The notes: generated from the sequence alone by a model not told the origin. A DNA stretch of 64,000 bases from Minisyncoccota bacterium (GCA_035524755.1 DATKOD010000003.1:2206-66205), one strand, 5' to 3'. Counted from the stretch's first letter, positions 9,039 to 18,154 are shown. Made by a program: numbers and translations.

Positions 9039-10649
9039 TCAGGAAATTACGGCGCGGATACGCCGGACGCCGGCGGAGACCGATTCTTCCTTGGTGATGG
9101 TGAAACGGCCGATCTCGCCCGTGTGCGTCACGTGCGGACCGCCGCAGAACTCCTTGGAGAACGCGTTGAGCATGTCCGGACCGACGTAGTATACGTTCAC
9201 CGGGTCAGGGTATTTCTCCTTGAAGAAGAACAGGGCGCCGGTCCCTTCGGCTTCCTGTTTCGGCAGCGTGACCATGTTCACCGCGAGGTCGCGCTTGATG
9301 GCATCGTTGACGATCTCCTCCACCGCGGCTTTCTCTTCATCGGTGAGTTTACGTGGGAACGTGAAATCGAACCGTGTGCGCTCCGGAGTGATGTCCGAGC
9401 CCGCCTGATGCACCTCGGTGCCGAGGACCTCGCGCAGCGCCGCATGCAATAAGTGCGTCGCCGTGTGCAGGCGCGTGACCTTCTGCAGTTCCTCCGGATT
9501 CCCGGCTTTCAACTCTCCGGTGTCCAACAAGAGCCCGTGCCCGCCGAACTTCTTCTCCGCACCCGCACGTGACTTCGCCTGATGTTCTTTGAACTTCTCA
9601 TCGAATGCCCCGCGCGTCAGTGACCCGGCCCTGGCACCCGCGATGTCCTTGATGACTTCGTACGGCAGCCCGTAGCTCTCATAGAGCCTGAATGCCACTG
9701 CGGCATCTACTTCGGCGACGCGGCCGAGTTCCTTGATTCCCGTCCCGAGCGTCTTCAGGAATTTCTGTTTTTCTTGTTCGTACACCGGGCCAAGGTCGAC
9801 ATCCGAGCGTCCCGCCATGTATTCGAGTGTGACGATCCGGCGGATGAGCCGCCTGAGCACGTACCCGCGGTCTTTATTCGACGGTTCGAGCCCTTCGGCG
9901 ATCAATGCGACGATCGCGCGGGAATGATCCGCAATGATACGTCCGGCCCGGTCGGTCGGGTGATTCGGGAACAGGTCAGTCTCATAGATATTCGCCTTGC
10001 CCTGCACGACCATGGCGAGACGTTCCAGACCCATGCCGGTATCTATGCCGGGCGTCTCCAGCAGCCGCAATTCTTTCTCCTTCGTCTGGAAGTACTGATT
10101 GAACACGATGTTCCAGATCTCGATGCCGTTCACATACACTTCGGTCGTCGGACCGCAGGGGCCTTCATCCCCTGTCGGACCCCAGAAGTTATCGGCACGC
10201 CCGGCTTTCCGGACTTCGATGGATGGGTCGAGCGCCTTCCAGATGCGTTCAGAGTCATCGTCGGCGGGAACAGTGTCTTCGCCGCCGAATACTGATACGT
10301 AGTCGATGGTCAAACCCATCTCCCTCGTGATGAAGTCGTACGCCAGCCTGATGGCCTCGTCCTTGAAATAACCGCCGAAGGAGAAATTACCGAGCATTTC
10401 GAAGAACGTCAGGTGGCTTTCGTCGCCGACTTCATCGATGTCGGACGTCCGGACGCACTTCTGGATGGAAGCGACGTTCTTCGCGGGCGCCATCGCAGGG
10501 TTCGTGTAGTACGGCTTGAACTGCTGCATCCCGGCCGTCGTGAACAACACCGACGGGTCGTCGGGCAACAGTGAAGACGAAGCGACCCATGTGTGGCCGT
10601 GGGATTCCATGAAATTCCTGAACTTCTCGCGTATCTCCTGGTGCGTCAT
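9039..10649 (-). CDS. alaS: Alanyl-tRNA synthetase, shortened form (536 aa)
   Basis: LFTTAGMQQFKP, QKCVRT, HLTFFEMLGNFSFG, EIWNIVF, DTGMGLER, editing HTATH and CGGPH. Start set at MTHQEIR. Confidence 0.95.
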   Translation of the reverse strand: MTHQEIREKFRNFMESHGHTWVASSSLLPDDPSVLFTTAGMQQFKPYYTNPAMAPAKNVASIQKCVRTSDIDEVGDESHLTFFEMLGNFSFGGYFKDEAIRLAYDFITREMGLTIDYVSVFGGEDTVPADDDSERIWKALDPSIEVRKAGRADNFWGPTGDEGPCGPTTEVYVNGIEIWNIVFNQYFQTKEKELRLLETPGIDTGMGLERLAMVVQGKANIYETDLFPNHPTDRAGRIIADHSRAIVALIAEGLEPSNKDRGYVLRRLIRRIVTLEYMAGRSDVDLGPVYEQEKQKFLKTLGTGIKELGRVAEVDAAVAFRLYESYGLPYEVIKDIAGARAGSLTRGAFDEKFKEHQAKSRAGAEKKFGGHGLLLDTGELKAGNPEELQKVTRLHTATHLLHAALREVLGTEVHQAGSDITPERTRFDFTFPRKLTDEEKAAVEEIVNDAIKRDLAVNMVTLPKQEAEGTGALFFFKEKYPDPVNVYYVGPDMLNAFSKEFCGGPHVTHTGEIGRFTITKEESVSAGVRRIRAVIS

Positions 10650-10685
10650 GGCCACAAAATAGCACATTTCCCATACGACTGAGAA

Positions 10686-10714
10686 TTGACGCAAAATTAT
10701 TCTCGTGTTATATT
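10686..10714 (+). promoter_or_regulatory. Sigma70-type promoter
   Basis: TTGACG, 17-bp spacer ending TGT, TATATT. Confidence 0.7.
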
Positions 10715-10730
10715 GTTATCGGAGGTGTCT

Positions 10731-11084
10731 GTGGCCCTGACGTATGCGGACGAGACGGATCTTCGTTCCCGCCTCAGAGCGATGCTGGACGCAGCCGAAC
10801 GGAAGCGCAGGGAACGCCTCGCGATCATCGTGGAATCCACGAGCGAGCGCCGCGACGTCGGCGACGTGTTCGAAGGGGTCCAGCGGGAAACCGACCTGAC
10901 GGTGAGCGCGGCGACTGCGGACGAAGCGAGCGTCACCATCCGCCGCGTCATGCAGGCGCTGGCACGCATGGGCGCCGGCACGTACGGCGTGTGCGTCGAC
11001 TGCGGCAATGACATCGCGGTAAGCCGGCTCTTCGCCTTGCCGTTCGCCAGCCGTTGTATCGCCTGCCAGGAAGCGTTGGAGTAG
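10731..11084 (+). CDS. TraR/DksA-family C4 zinc-finger protein
   Basis: GGAGG at 10721-10725 precedes GTG 10731. A coiled coil is followed by GTYGVCVDCG...RLFALP...CIACQE. Confidence 0.88.
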   Translation: MALTYADETDLRSRLRAMLDAAERKRRERLAIIVESTSERRDVGDVFEGVQRETDLTVSAATADEASVTIRRVMQALARMGAGTYGVCVDCGNDIAVSRLFALPFASRCIACQEALE

Positions 11085-11090
11085 CGGTCC

Positions 11091-11116
11091 GCCCCGTCAC
11101 ATCGACGGGGCTTTCT
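11091..11116 (+). terminator. Intrinsic terminator
   Basis: GCCCCGTC-ACATC-GACGGGGC-TTTCT. Confidence 0.65.
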
Positions 11117-11222
11117 ATACGATATGCACCCAAAGCCAGTGGAGAGCGAATGCCCACACGCCGGCCGTCACCGCGAACGCGGAGACCCAAAAAGCGACGA
11201 ATTTCTTCTCGTCATCGGACAT
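11115..11222 (-). CDS. Small single-TM protein (35 aa, not in ORF track)
   Basis: TGATG-coupled to the PAS gene stop. Translation MSDDEKKFVAFWVSAFAVTAGVWAFALHWLWVHIV*. Confidence 0.6.
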   Translation of the reverse strand: MSDDEKKFVAFWVSAFAVTAGVWAFALHWLWVHIV

Positions 11223-11815
11223 CATTTCTGTTTGGCTACGGCCGTCACGAGTTCCCGGACAAGGCCGACGAGACCTTTGACATCGGCTGACTCACCGCCG
11301 ACCTGTACGAGCGACAAGAATGCGGTCAGCGCCCTGGACGGATCCGACTGCTGCGCATCCATCGCCGGAGCAAGTTTATTGACGAACAACTCTTCCTCCG
11401 TCGGATTTTCCGCATCGAACTCGAATGCGATGAAATACCGGATATTCCCCGTCGCATCCAGGATCGGCGCGATATAGATGTACTGCCAGTATTTCTTTCC
11501 GAGCTTGTTGCGGTTGACCAGTTTGTTGACGAATACGCGTTTCTCCGTCTTGATGGTGTGCCACATCCATTCATAGAACTCCTTAGGCATTTGACCGCCC
11601 CACAACGCCGCCGGGTTGCGGCCAAGGGCTTCCTCGCGCGAAAAACCCGTCCGTTCCAGGATGGCACGGTTCGTCCAGATGATGTTCGCGTCGGGGTCCG
11701 TGATGATGGCCGGATTCTTCAGGTCATCGAACCGTTGCGCCAACGCAAGGATGCGCGGCTGCGCTTCGAGGAAGAACTCGGGACCGGGCGTCGTGCGAGT
11801 CGTCATAGGTTCCAC
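11222..11815 (-). CDS. Stand-alone PAS/PAC domain protein
   Basis: IITDPDANIIWTN...TGFSREEALGRNP...EFYEWMWHTI...NRNKLGKKYW...IAPI. Confidence 0.85.
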   Translation of the reverse strand: MEPMTTRTTPGPEFFLEAQPRILALAQRFDDLKNPAIITDPDANIIWTNRAILERTGFSREEALGRNPAALWGGQMPKEFYEWMWHTIKTEKRVFVNKLVNRNKLGKKYWQYIYIAPILDATGNIRYFIAFEFDAENPTEEELFVNKLAPAMDAQQSDPSRALTAFLSLVQVGGESADVKGLVGLVRELVTAVAKQK

Positions 11816-11831
11816 TCACTGTACCATATCG

Positions 11832-11906
11832 TGGGGGATCTAGAGGGTTTCGATCCCTCGACCGCGCCTCCACAGGGCGCTGTGATACCATTTCACCATA
11901 GATCCC
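11832..11906 (-). tRNA. tRNA-His(GTG)
   Basis: Cloverleaf with acceptor GGATCTA/TAGATCC, G-1 and C73, anticodon arm GCGCC-CTGTGGA-GGCGC and encoded CCA. Confidence 0.93.
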
Positions 11907-11939
11907 ATCCGTGCACCGACAGGGCGCATTATACCGAAA

Positions 11940-13034
11940 TCAGACCTCATTGTCCACGCCGACCGCGTCGGCGACCGATGCGAATCCGTCCTTCCGGAGC
12001 AGCGCGGCGAGCCCCCTATTGATCTGACCGACCAGCTGGGGTCCGCGGAAGATCATGCCGGTGATGAGCTGCACCAACGACGCGCCGAGCCGGATCTTCC
12101 GGTATGCGTCCTCGGCGGTGAAGATGCCGCCGACGCCGATGATGGGGTAGTTCCCGTGCGTCCGCGCATACAGGTACCGCACCTGCTCGTCGGCCAGATG
12201 CTGGACGGCGCGGCCGGAAATGCCGCCGACATCGGGCACGATGGGGTCGTGGATACGATGGTTCGTCCTGTTCTTCGTCAGGTTACTGCAGACGAATCCC
12301 GTCACCCGATGACGGGAGCAGATGTCGATGAGCGCGTCCATCTGCTCGTGTTTCAGGTCGACCGCAAGCTTCAAGAACACGGGCTTGTCGGCATGCTCAT
12401 CGACACGGCCCAGGAGGCGGTCCAGGAGCAGCGGGTCGGTGAACGGTTCTCCGCCGAACGCGTTCGGACAACTGATGTTCACGGTAAGGTAATCCCCGAT
12501 GCCGCGGAACGCGTCGATGACATGCACATAGTCGGTGATGGCCGCCTCGGGTTCGGCGGTGGCGGGACTGTTCGTCTTCGCCGCACTAATGCCCACCGGG
12601 AAGCGCAGCGGCACGCCGCGCAGCCGTCCGGCGATGACGTCCGCACCGTCGTTCATCAACCCATAGTAGACGACCAGCGATTCGGATTTCTTCAGACGCC
12701 AGAGCCGCGGCCGTGGGTTTCCGGTGCAGGGCATCCCGGTCACGCTGCCCACTTCGGCGAATCCGAATCCGACGTCGGGAAGGACGTTCAGCAGCCGCGC
12801 GTTCTTGTCGAATCCCGCCGCAAGTCCGACCGGGTTCGGGAAGCGGATGCCGGCGACGGTCGTAACAAGCATCGGATCGTCATATGTGAGCACTGCGCGC
12901 GTCAATGCACGGAGCGGTGCGACCGCGCCCAACATCACGCCCAATCGGGTGACGCGGTCGTGTACGGCTTCAGGATCCATCCTGAAAAAGACCGGTTTTA
13001 CGATAATTCGGTACAGCGTTCCTATGATGTCCAT
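11940..13034 (-). CDS. pyrD: Dihydroorotate dehydrogenase, class 2 (quinone type)
   Basis: MDPEAVHD, NPVGLAAGFDKN, GNPRPRLWRL, VNISCPN, GGISG, IIGVGGI. Start set at MDIIG. Confidence 0.93.
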   Translation of the reverse strand: MDIIGTLYRIIVKPVFFRMDPEAVHDRVTRLGVMLGAVAPLRALTRAVLTYDDPMLVTTVAGIRFPNPVGLAAGFDKNARLLNVLPDVGFGFAEVGSVTGMPCTGNPRPRLWRLKKSESLVVYYGLMNDGADVIAGRLRGVPLRFPVGISAAKTNSPATAEPEAAITDYVHVIDAFRGIGDYLTVNISCPNAFGGEPFTDPLLLDRLLGRVDEHADKPVFLKLAVDLKHEQMDALIDICSRHRVTGFVCSNLTKNRTNHRIHDPIVPDVGGISGRAVQHLADEQVRYLYARTHGNYPIIGVGGIFTAEDAYRKIRLGASLVQLITGMIFRGPQLVGQINRGLAALLRKDGFASVADAVGVDNEV

Positions 13035-13864
13035 CGCGAGAAAATACCGGTGGAGAGCAGGCGGCCGCTCACCTGCTTCAGACAGAGTTGGCCCGCTTCG
13101 ATGACACCGGTGCGGTGCTGTATCGCATCTTCGAGCAGATTCCTGATGGCAAGCTCGGAAGTGTTCGTTGCATAGGCGTTGATGATGAGAAAGCGCGCGG
13201 TCGGCGACAGTAACGTGACACAGTCCGCGAGCAGACGGGGCATATGCTCGTTGAATTTCCACACCTTGCCGGTCGGTCCGTGGCCGAACGACGGCGGATC
13301 CATGAGGATGCCTTCATACTGCGCTCCCCGTTTCACTTCTTTCTTCACGAACGCGACCGCATCCTCCAACATCCACCGCACGGATTCAGGTTCCAAGCCG
13401 TTGAGTTCCTGGTTGTCTTTGGCCCAGCCGATGGCGGGACGGGACGCGTCCACATGCGTGACGAACGCGCCGCGCTTGGTCAGCCACATCGTCGCCGCGC
13501 CCGTGTAGGCGAAGAGGTTCAACACGCGCGGCCGCTCGAGTCCTGCCAGCCGGTCCCCCATCAGGGACCAATTCGCGGCCTGCTCAGGGAACACACCCGT
13601 GTGCTTGAAGTTCATCGGACGGACACGGAGCTTCAGGTCATGGAACTTCATGTCCCAATATTCGGGAAGTTCGCGGCGCATCGTCCACCGGTCATCCTCG
13701 AAGACGGCATCCGCCTTCTCCCATGCATCCGGTGTCGTTCTCTGCCAGATCGTCTGCGGGTCCGGCCGCGCGAGCGTGTAGGTGCCCCACCTTTCCAGCC
13801 GATAGCCGTCACCGGAGTCCAGCAGCGTGAAGTCGTCGAACCCTTCGTTTCCGATGAGATACAT
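13022..13864 (-). CDS. Class I SAM-dependent methyltransferase (RlmI/RlmK-like)
   Basis: GVFPEQ, LNLFAYTG, DPPSFG. Confidence 0.88.
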   Translation of the reverse strand: MYLIGNEGFDDFTLLDSGDGYRLERWGTYTLARPDPQTIWQRTTPDAWEKADAVFEDDRWTMRRELPEYWDMKFHDLKLRVRPMNFKHTGVFPEQAANWSLMGDRLAGLERPRVLNLFAYTGAATMWLTKRGAFVTHVDASRPAIGWAKDNQELNGLEPESVRWMLEDAVAFVKKEVKRGAQYEGILMDPPSFGHGPTGKVWKFNEHMPRLLADCVTLLSPTARFLIINAYATNTSELAIRNLLEDAIQHRTGVIEAGQLCLKQVSGRLLSTGIFSRWTS

Positions 13865-13868
13865 GGCG

Positions 13869-15824
13869 TTATTGTATACCCAATTCTACGAAGAATGCCC
13901 GCTGTGAAGGATCGCGACCGAGGAAATCGTGCACCAATGCTTTTTCGGGCTTGGATGCGCCTGGTGCGAGGACCGTATCCCGGTAGCGTCTGCCGATCGT
14001 CGAATCCAGGGGGTTCGAGAAGAATTTTGTGAACAGGTCCGCGGCATATACCTTGCTCCAGAGGTACCCGTAATATCCGGCATCATAATCCGCTAAATGG
14101 GACCACCCGGCGGCGAAGATCGAGTCATCGGGCAGATCGATGTGCTCATGGACGAGTCGCATATCACGGTACATTTGCGCGAGATGGGATGCCTCGACGG
14201 GCGTATCCGTCGGCCGATCGTGCATATCCAAATCATAGAGTGACCGAACCGCCTGTGCGAGGTAGTAGCTCGGCTGGCGGAACTTCCGTGTTGCGGACAA
14301 TTTCTCGAACAGGTCATGCGGCAACTGCTTGCCCGTCTGGAAATGTCCTGAGAGCCGGGCGAGCGATCGCTCATCCCACGCCCAATATTCGAATATCTGC
14401 GAGAGCGCCTCCACGAAATCCAACGGGACACCGAACCCGTTCTGCCGCCGCCACGGACCGCCGGACACGATCGCATGCATGCAGTGACCGAATTCGTGCA
14501 GGAGTGTCTCGACTTCATCATGGCTCAGGAGGCCAGGATTTGATCGGGTCGGATACGGGAAGTTACAGACCAACGCGACGACCGGCCGGCGGTCCAAGGT
14601 CACCGGAAATGCGGCTGCGTGTCCGTACTTCCCTGCGCGCGGATGGAGATCGAGGAAGAAGTGTCCGAGTTCGGCTCCACTGGCCGCATCGGTGACGCGG
14701 TATGCTGTGACATCAGGATGCCATACCGGAACGTCGGCGGGCGCGAATGTGAGGCCCAGGAGCTCTTGGTACATCGCCAGCATCCCCTCAATGACCCGTG
14801 CGAGAGGAAAATATTCCTTCAACGCCTCAGAATCGAGTCCGAAGAAATCCTTCTTCATCCGGTGGGTCCAGTACGCGATCTCATGATGTCCGACCGGTGC
14901 GGGTTTCTCCGCATTCGATGAATGGAATTTGTACGCGACCATCGCGGCCAGCTCGCGATGCGCGACCGGTTCGAGTGCGGTCATGATGTGTCCGAGGAAT
15001 TCCCGCACGGTACGGGCGTTGCCGGACATCCGCACTTCCTCGGCGAAGTCCGCATGGGTCCGGTAACCGAGCATGCCGGCGATGGTCTGACGCAACCGGA
15101 GCATGTTCACCAGACGCTCCAGATTCTCCTCGCCGCCCTTCCGGAGGTTCTTCGCTGCAAGTTCCTTACGCGCCTCGTCGTCTTCCGCGAGCTCCATGAA
15201 CGGGAACAGCTCCGGATACTGCAGTGAAACGATGTAGAGGCCTGCGGGAGTGCGCCGAAGGCCCTCGATGTACCGCTCGGGAAGGCCGCCGAGCCGTTCC
15301 CGCGGCAGTTCGATGTGATCGTCCCAATCGTTGATCGACTTCTCGAACTCGTTCTCCAGCCGCTTGAGCTCGCTGGTGCGCGCCTTGAGGTCGGCGAATG
15401 AAGCGTCATCCAGTCCGAATCCCATCCGACGCATATCGCGGAGCATGTCGTCGGCGAGTTTCAGATCGGGTCCCGACATTCGTTCATGTTCACCGGTTTT
15501 CAGCCACTCTTGCATCGCGTTCCACAGGTCACGGTCATATTCCATACCGACGAGTTCGGCATTAAGATGATCAACGGTGCTCTGCGCGATATCGCGGATA
15601 TGCCCGTCAGTGTGTACGTTCACGATGACGTCCAGGATCTGAAGGAGATCGGAAACGTCATCGGATGACCGCTCCAGCGCCGCGACGGTGTTCTCGAACG
15701 TCCGCTGGCCCGCAGCGACAGCCTTCACCGCCTCAAGTGCGATGCGTTTGGCGGAAAGAGCCGCTTCTGCAGCGGTTCTGATGTCCTTCTCTTCCCAGGT
15801 GACCCAAGAGAAATCCGATGCCAT
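13869..15824 (-). CDS. M3 family Zn-oligopeptidase (thimet oligopeptidase-like)
   Basis: LDLHPRAGKYGHAA, HEFGH, DFVEALSQ, YYGYLWS. Confidence 0.93.
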   Translation of the reverse strand: MASDFSWVTWEEKDIRTAAEAALSAKRIALEAVKAVAAGQRTFENTVAALERSSDDVSDLLQILDVIVNVHTDGHIRDIAQSTVDHLNAELVGMEYDRDLWNAMQEWLKTGEHERMSGPDLKLADDMLRDMRRMGFGLDDASFADLKARTSELKRLENEFEKSINDWDDHIELPRERLGGLPERYIEGLRRTPAGLYIVSLQYPELFPFMELAEDDEARKELAAKNLRKGGEENLERLVNMLRLRQTIAGMLGYRTHADFAEEVRMSGNARTVREFLGHIMTALEPVAHRELAAMVAYKFHSSNAEKPAPVGHHEIAYWTHRMKKDFFGLDSEALKEYFPLARVIEGMLAMYQELLGLTFAPADVPVWHPDVTAYRVTDAASGAELGHFFLDLHPRAGKYGHAAAFPVTLDRRPVVALVCNFPYPTRSNPGLLSHDEVETLLHEFGHCMHAIVSGGPWRRQNGFGVPLDFVEALSQIFEYWAWDERSLARLSGHFQTGKQLPHDLFEKLSATRKFRQPSYYLAQAVRSLYDLDMHDRPTDTPVEASHLAQMYRDMRLVHEHIDLPDDSIFAAGWSHLADYDAGYYGYLWSKVYAADLFTKFFSNPLDSTIGRRYRDTVLAPGASKPEKALVHDFLGRDPSQRAFFVELGIQ

Positions 15825-15841
15825 CGCACTATGCTAACATT

Positions 15842-15870
15842 TTGCCCAGACGTTGAAAATATGCTAAAAT
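15842..15870 (+). promoter_or_regulatory. Promoter of the tRNA operon
   Basis: TTGCCC, 17-bp spacer ending TGC, TAAAAT; tRNA-Arg starts after a 6-nt gap. Confidence 0.7.
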
Positions 15871-15876
15871 ATGGCC

Positions 15877-15948
15877 GCCCCTGTAGTTCAATGGATAGAA
15901 CTCCAGACTTCTAAGCTGGGTATCGAGGTCCGATTCCTCGCGGGGGCA
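15877..15948 (+). tRNA. tRNA-Arg(TCT)
   Basis: Acceptor GCCCCTG/CGGGGGC, D arm GTTC/GAAC, anticodon loop CTTCTAA. CCA is not encoded. Confidence 0.9.
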
Positions 15949-15965
15949 CCGATTGAGAATTCAGG

Positions 15966-16036
15966 CGGGCCGTCGTATACCGGTAGTACACGTGCTTTGG
16001 GTGCACGGTGACTGGGTTCGATTCCCAGCGGCCCGA
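15966..16036 (+). tRNA. tRNA-Pro(TGG)
   Basis: Acceptor CGGGCCG/CGGCCCG, anticodon arm CGTGC-TTTGGGT-GCACG, T loop TTCGATT. Confidence 0.93.
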
Positions 16037-16047
16037 CAGTCGAAAAC

Positions 16048-16118
16048 GCGGGATTGGTATAACGGTATTACGTCACCCTTCCAAGGTGAAGACAGGGGTT
16101 CAATTCCCCTATCCCGCT
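16048..16118 (+). tRNA. tRNA-Gly(TCC)
   Basis: Acceptor GCGGGAT/ATCCCGC, anticodon arm TCACC-CTTCCAA-GGTGA, T loop TTCAATT, discriminator U. Confidence 0.93.
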
Positions 16119-16124
16119 CCGACG

Positions 16125-16158
16125 ACAGAAAACCCCGCAATATTGCGGGGTTTTCTGT
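16125..16158. terminator. Bidirectional terminator (perfect 34-bp palindrome)
   Basis: ACAGAAAACCCCGCAAT|ATTGCGGGGTTTTCTGT between the convergent tRNA operon and hup. Confidence 0.85.
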
Positions 16159-16180
16159 TTGGCTCTAGAACCAATACGGA

Positions 16181-16465
16181 CTACTTGTTCATCACGGCTT
16201 CCTTCATCACCTTCGAGGGCGTGAAGCGAAGCTTCTTGGATGCCGGGATCTGGATCGTTTCTCCGGTGCGGGGGTTGCGGCCTTCCCGCGCTTTGCGGTC
16301 GGCGACCTTGAAAATCCCCATTCCGGTGATGTTGATCTTCTCGCCCTTCTTGAGCAAGCCGGTCATCATCTCCACGAAAGACTCCAGCCACATGGCGGCG
16401 TCCTTCTTCGATGCGCCGGTCTTATCGGCGAGCATCTGGATCAGCTGAGTTTTCTTTACGGTCAT
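16181..16465 (-). CDS. hup: HU family DNA-binding protein
   Basis: GMGIFKVADRKAREGRNPRTGETIQIPA. Confidence 0.96.
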   Translation of the reverse strand: MTVKKTQLIQMLADKTGASKKDAAMWLESFVEMMTGLLKKGEKINITGMGIFKVADRKAREGRNPRTGETIQIPASKKLRFTPSKVMKEAVMNK

Positions 16466-16585
16466 TGGTTCATCGCACCCCCTTTCCTATGATATCCGCA
16501 TGAATCCTAGGGTTCATGACGGGCTATGCGCAAGTATCCGCATAATCTGCGGGTTTTGCAATAGGGGTGTGGAAAACTCTAGGAA

Positions 16586-18103
16586 TTACCTAGCGTATTC
16601 GACAGCGCGGGTCTCGCGGATGACGTTGACCCTGATTTCTCCGGGATATTGCATCTCAACCTCGATCTTCTTGGCGATATCGCGCGCAAGCTGCAATGCG
16701 GCCAGGTCATCGATGCGATTGGGTGTCACAAAAACCCTTACTTCACGCCCCGCCTGGAGGGCGTATGACTTCTCGACGCCGTCGAACGAGTTCGCGACCC
16801 GTTCCAGGTCTTCCAGACGCTTCAGGTAGATCTCGACACTGTCTCGGCGGGCACCCGGCCGGGCGCCGGAGATTGCGTCTGCGGCCTGTACGATACGGGA
16901 TTCCAGCGAGGCGTACGGATACTCCTCGTGGTGGGCCTCCATCGCCTTGATGACCTTGTCGTCCATGCCGAATTTGGCCAATATCTTGCGGCCGATCTCC
17001 ACATGGGTCCCCTGGACCTCGTGGTCCACCGCCTTGCCGATGTCATGGAACAGGGCACCCTTCTTGGCGACCATGACGTCCGCACCCAGTTCGGCGGCGA
17101 GCATGCCGGCGACATGCGCCATTTCGACGGAGTGCACAAGCACGTTCTGGCCGAAGCTGGTGCGGAACGCGAGCCGGCCGAGCAGGTAGACCAACTTCGG
17201 GTCCACCATGCCGGCACCGCACTCGATGAGCGCCGCCTCCCCGGCCTGACGGATCTTGTCGTTGATCTCCAGGCGTGCCTTCTCTACCGTTTCCTCGATC
17301 TTGGTCGGGTGGATGCGGCCGTCGGCGATAAGCTTGTCCAGCGCGATTTTGGCGATTTGCCGACGCACAGGGTCGAATCCGGATACCACCATGGTGTTCG
17401 GCGTGTCGTCGATGATGATGTCCACACCGGTGAGCCGCTCCAGTGTTTTGATGTTGCGGCCCTCTTTACCGATGATCTTTCCCTTCAGTTCATCGGATGG
17501 CAGGGTGATGACCGTCGTCGTGGCATCGGCGATATGCGAACCCGCATAGCGCTGGATCGCCAGGGTGAGGATTTCGCGTGCTTTGTTCTCCAATTTTTCC
17601 CGGTTGTCGCCGTCCAGGCGCTGAAGTTGGTGGTACAAGTCCTCGGCATATTCTTCCTGCACCTTCTTCATCATGTGATCCTTGGCGACATCGCGGGACA
17701 GTCCGGAGACACGCTCCAGCTCTGTCAGTTCCTTCTTGCGAACCTCTTCGAGGTCGGTTTTCAGAACCGCGGCCTCTTCCATTTTCTTCCTCAGGGTATC
17801 TTTCTCGTGGACGAGCTCACGGCTCCGCTCCTCGAGATCGGACTCCTTCTTCGTCAGAAGGATTTCGATGCGGTCCTGCTGTTTCCGGCGATCGGCTTCT
17901 TCACGTTTTGCGTCATCGAGGACCTTCAGCGCCTTGTTATTCGCCTCCAAGAGGACCTCCTGGGCTTTAGCCTTCGAATCATTGAGCACTTCCTCCGCCC
18001 GTCGTTCTGCCTGGGCGACTTTACGGCCTGCGAGATACTTGCGAACGAAGAATCCGACGATGAATCCCAACACGACTGCCGGGATGGACAGTGTCAGCGA
18101 CAT
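16586..18103 (-). CDS. rny: Ribonuclease Y
   Basis: N-terminal TM, coiled coil, KH (KGKIIGKEGRNI), HD domain (HSVE, HDIGK), QAGREVRV. Confidence 0.96.
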   Translation of the reverse strand: MSLTLSIPAVVLGFIVGFFVRKYLAGRKVAQAERRAEEVLNDSKAKAQEVLLEANNKALKVLDDAKREEADRRKQQDRIEILLTKKESDLEERSRELVHEKDTLRKKMEEAAVLKTDLEEVRKKELTELERVSGLSRDVAKDHMMKKVQEEYAEDLYHQLQRLDGDNREKLENKAREILTLAIQRYAGSHIADATTTVITLPSDELKGKIIGKEGRNIKTLERLTGVDIIIDDTPNTMVVSGFDPVRRQIAKIALDKLIADGRIHPTKIEETVEKARLEINDKIRQAGEAALIECGAGMVDPKLVYLLGRLAFRTSFGQNVLVHSVEMAHVAGMLAAELGADVMVAKKGALFHDIGKAVDHEVQGTHVEIGRKILAKFGMDDKVIKAMEAHHEEYPYASLESRIVQAADAISGARPGARRDSVEIYLKRLEDLERVANSFDGVEKSYALQAGREVRVFVTPNRIDDLAALQLARDIAKKIEVEMQYPGEIRVNVIRETRAVEYAR

Positions 18104-18154
18104 GAATAGTTGTAGGCATCAGGATGATGCACATGGTTACGGAAATATGGTGCA

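Noticed and set aside
16125-16158. Perfect palindromes as REP/MITE or CRISPR repeats (also 21112-21137, 35477-35509)
   Set aside because: Each sequence is unique and sits at gene ends with T tracts, so terminators explain them. No spaced repeat array was seen.
16928-18109. Long plus-strand ORFs antisense to real genes (also 12156-13175, 30040-31500, 55600-56814, 56382-57377, 62405-63934)
   Set aside because: These are shadow frames produced by high GC3 in genuine minus-strand genes, and they carry no recognisable motifs.
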